A stretch of 64,000 nt of DNA, from the NCBI GenBank assembly GCA_049971805.1, contig JBMFKU010000001.1:70498-134497 (forward strand). The letters run 5' to 3'. Source of the stretch: Caldisphaera sp. GTDB taxonomy: Archaea > Thermoproteota > Thermoprotei_A > Sulfolobales > Acidilobaceae. Shown here in pieces: positions 61,882 through 64,000 of this stretch (the stretch's first letter is position 1; the number at the start of each line of letters is the position of its first letter). Position numbers and translations under genes: made by a program. The notes below the pieces were generated by a model. That model ran no database searches. It saw nothing but the letters and a program-made list of their open reading frames with translations, and was not told the origin of the DNA.

Positions 61882-62714
61882 TACAAGAGACTTACACTTT
61901 AACAATAAGGGAATTAAAGAAATGGCTTAGCAGGAGGGGTACATTTATTGTGTCTTTGGTAACACCATTATTTTGGTTAGGATTGTTCGGTAAGAGTCTG
62001 AACTTTGCAACTATGTTTACTCCCACAAATATACCACCTCAATATGAAAGTATGCTATCTCAATATATTAATTCTCAATTGTTAAGCATGTTTGGAACGA
62101 CAAGTTATTTCACATACTTAGCAAGTGGCATGTTAGTTGTATTTGGTTTCTTCCAAAGCGTTTTTGGAGGAACTAATTTAGTGTTTGAAAAAAGGCTTGG
62201 ATATTTAAATAGACTTTTAATGACTCCTGTTTCTAGATCTGGTATATTTTTATCAAAGGTTTTAGGAACCCTTGTAAGAATTCTATTCTATGAAACAGTA
62301 TTAATATTAATTGCATATGGATTGGGCTTTAGATTTAAACCTGGTATAAATGCAATAAATATAGTTTTAGCTGGTATAGCAATAATATTGATAGCGATTG
62401 GTTTCGTTAGCATATTTGCCGCCATAGCTTTTAATGTAGATAATGTTGAGATAATGTTTGCTATAGTTAACTTAATCAACTTACCTTTAATGTTTGCCTC
62501 AAGTGCTTTATTCCCATTAAAACAAATGCCTTCATGGTTACAAGAAATAGCTAAATTTAACCCAATAACATATGCAGCCGATATAGTAAGGCATAATTTA
62601 GTTGGTACACCAATTAACAATTATGCCATTAGCTGGGTTATACTAATAGTAATAACTGTAGTTCTTTTCATAGTAGGATTAATAGTTAGCATTAACGCTA
62701 TGGAAAGAGCATAA
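61878..62714 (+). CDS. ABC-2 permease
   Basis: EKRLGYL.RLLMTP, SSALFP, MPSWLQ..A.FNPITY; ATGA overlap with the ATPase. Confidence 0.92.
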   Translation: MIQETYTLTIRELKKWLSRRGTFIVSLVTPLFWLGLFGKSLNFATMFTPTNIPPQYESMLSQYINSQLLSMFGTTSYFTYLASGMLVVFGFFQSVFGGTNLVFEKRLGYLNRLLMTPVSRSGIFLSKVLGTLVRILFYETVLILIAYGLGFRFKPGINAINIVLAGIAIILIAIGFVSIFAAIAFNVDNVEIMFAIVNLINLPLMFASSALFPLKQMPSWLQEIAKFNPITYAADIVRHNLVGTPINNYAISWVILIVITVVLFIVGLIVSINAMERA

Positions 62715-62772
62715 AAAATTAAAAGGAAAACAACAATAAAAAAATAAAAAAATTTTAATTGGTTGTTTTTAG

Positions 62773-63981
62773 TTACTTTCTTTGGCTTATTGGGACATAC
62801 TTTAATCCTACAGGCCCTTTATAGTCCTCTGTCGGTCTCATTATCTTGTTTTTCTTTGTGTCTCCTTCACCTACTTGCTCTATGTAATGAGAAGACCATC
62901 CAACAATTCTACCCATAGCAAATATCGGAGTATACATTGGTATTGGAATTCCTAACTGATAGTATAATACTCCTGTGTACAAGTCAATATTAGCAGGCAA
63001 GTTCCTTTCTTTCTTCATAACCTCTTCCGATTTTCTCAATACTTTTAACCACATTTCTCCATCTTTTAATTGTTGCACAAACTTTGCAGCAACATCTGTT
63101 CTTGGGTCGTGGACTTTATAGACTCTGTGACCAAATCCCATTATTAGCTCTTTTTTGGCTAATCTTTCTTTTATGTATTCTTCTATATATTGATCTAATG
63201 GAACTCCCTTAGCTTGTGCTTTGGCTTGTGCGTCTAAGAACATAAGCATTGCTTGCTCATTTGCTCCTCCATGTAATGGGCCTTTTAATGCTCCAATTCC
63301 CGCTGCTATGGCGCTGTAAATATCAGCTAAGGTGCTTGCAACAACTCTAACGGTAAATGTGCTTGCATTAAATCCGTGATCCATATATAATACAAGAGTA
63401 CTTTCAAATGCTCTTGCTTCCGCATCAGATGGCATACGGCCAATAATCATCCTCAATGTGTCTTTTCCATGAGATAGGCTTGGATCAGGCCTATATAGAT
63501 TACCATCTCTCGATAAATGCCATGCTGCTGTGAAAAACACAGGCATTGTAGCTATTAATCTTAGTGCATGATCATATAGAGAATCTCTATCAAATTTCCA
63601 ATCGGGAGCATAGAATTGTCCCATTAAGCTAACAGCTACCTGAGCATAATACATTGGGTGTGTTGAAGGAACATATTTTAATGCATCGAATATTTTCTCA
63701 GGTATTTGACCTCTATATGTATCTATTTTTTTCTTAATCTCTTTATATTCGCTTTCATTTGGCAAATGACCATATAAGATCAAGTGAGCAGCTTCATAGA
63801 AGTCTGCATGTTCTCCTATATCATCAATTGTATATCCTCTATATATTGTGCTCGTTCCTTTAGGATCAACTCCACTAATGTTTGTTGTATCTGAAACTAC
63901 ATCAACTAATCCCTTTGGAACTCTTATATAATATCCCTGTTGGGGCGGAGTTAAAAACTTTCCAAGGGGAGTTTCCTCCAC
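62773..63981 (-). CDS. gltA: citrate (or 2-methylcitrate) synthase
   Basis: YRGY, DHGFNASTF, GPLHGGANE, MGFGHRVYK..DPR, NIDLY, GWSSH. Confidence 0.92.
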   Translation of the reverse strand: MEETPLGKFLTPPQQGYYIRVPKGLVDVVSDTTNISGVDPKGTSTIYRGYTIDDIGEHADFYEAAHLILYGHLPNESEYKEIKKKIDTYRGQIPEKIFDALKYVPSTHPMYYAQVAVSLMGQFYAPDWKFDRDSLYDHALRLIATMPVFFTAAWHLSRDGNLYRPDPSLSHGKDTLRMIIGRMPSDAEARAFESTLVLYMDHGFNASTFTVRVVASTLADIYSAIAAGIGALKGPLHGGANEQAMLMFLDAQAKAQAKGVPLDQYIEEYIKERLAKKELIMGFGHRVYKVHDPRTDVAAKFVQQLKDGEMWLKVLRKSEEVMKKERNLPANIDLYTGVLYYQLGIPIPMYTPIFAMGRIVGWSSHYIEQVGEGDTKKNKIMRPTEDYKGPVGLKYVPISQRK

Positions 63982-64000
63982 ATCACATTCTATTTTGCTA

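Overview
AT-rich chromosomal window from a crenarchaeote. The gene set (divergent cdvA/cdvB, PINA, DUF2299, MEMO1-IPK cluster, GGTGA Shine-Dalgarno motifs, TATA promoters) fits Acidilobales/Desulfurococcales, Caldisphaera-like; this taxonomy is inferred. It holds about 55 mostly housekeeping or metabolic CDS, tRNA-Leu(CAA) and tRNA-Val(GAC), and no CRISPR array or intact transposase. Main observations: (1) an exact 3x27-bp repeat upstream of ilvB-ilvN-ilvC, where each unit is a Val/Ile/Leu-rich mini-ORF and is also complementary to the ilvB SD+ATG, suggesting an archaeal translational attenuator; (2) a NuoE/F-fusion + degenerate FdhF/NuoG + 4Fe-4S + tungsten AOR cluster followed by amidinotransferase, ThDP enzyme, Fe-ADH and SCP2 genes; (3) a CCTWA-N4-TWAGG palindrome in front of qNOR, a YwiC-like gene and hemerythrin, a candidate NO regulon; (4) a qNOR pseudogene, a P3A H+-ATPase and an IS605-type non-autonomous element whose right end abuts a second, diverged norB 3' end; (5) a motif-less GHMP-like gene at the usual mevalonate kinase position, a decaying CopA and a candidate C/D box sRNA. 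All calls come from manual motif recognition; no database searches were run.
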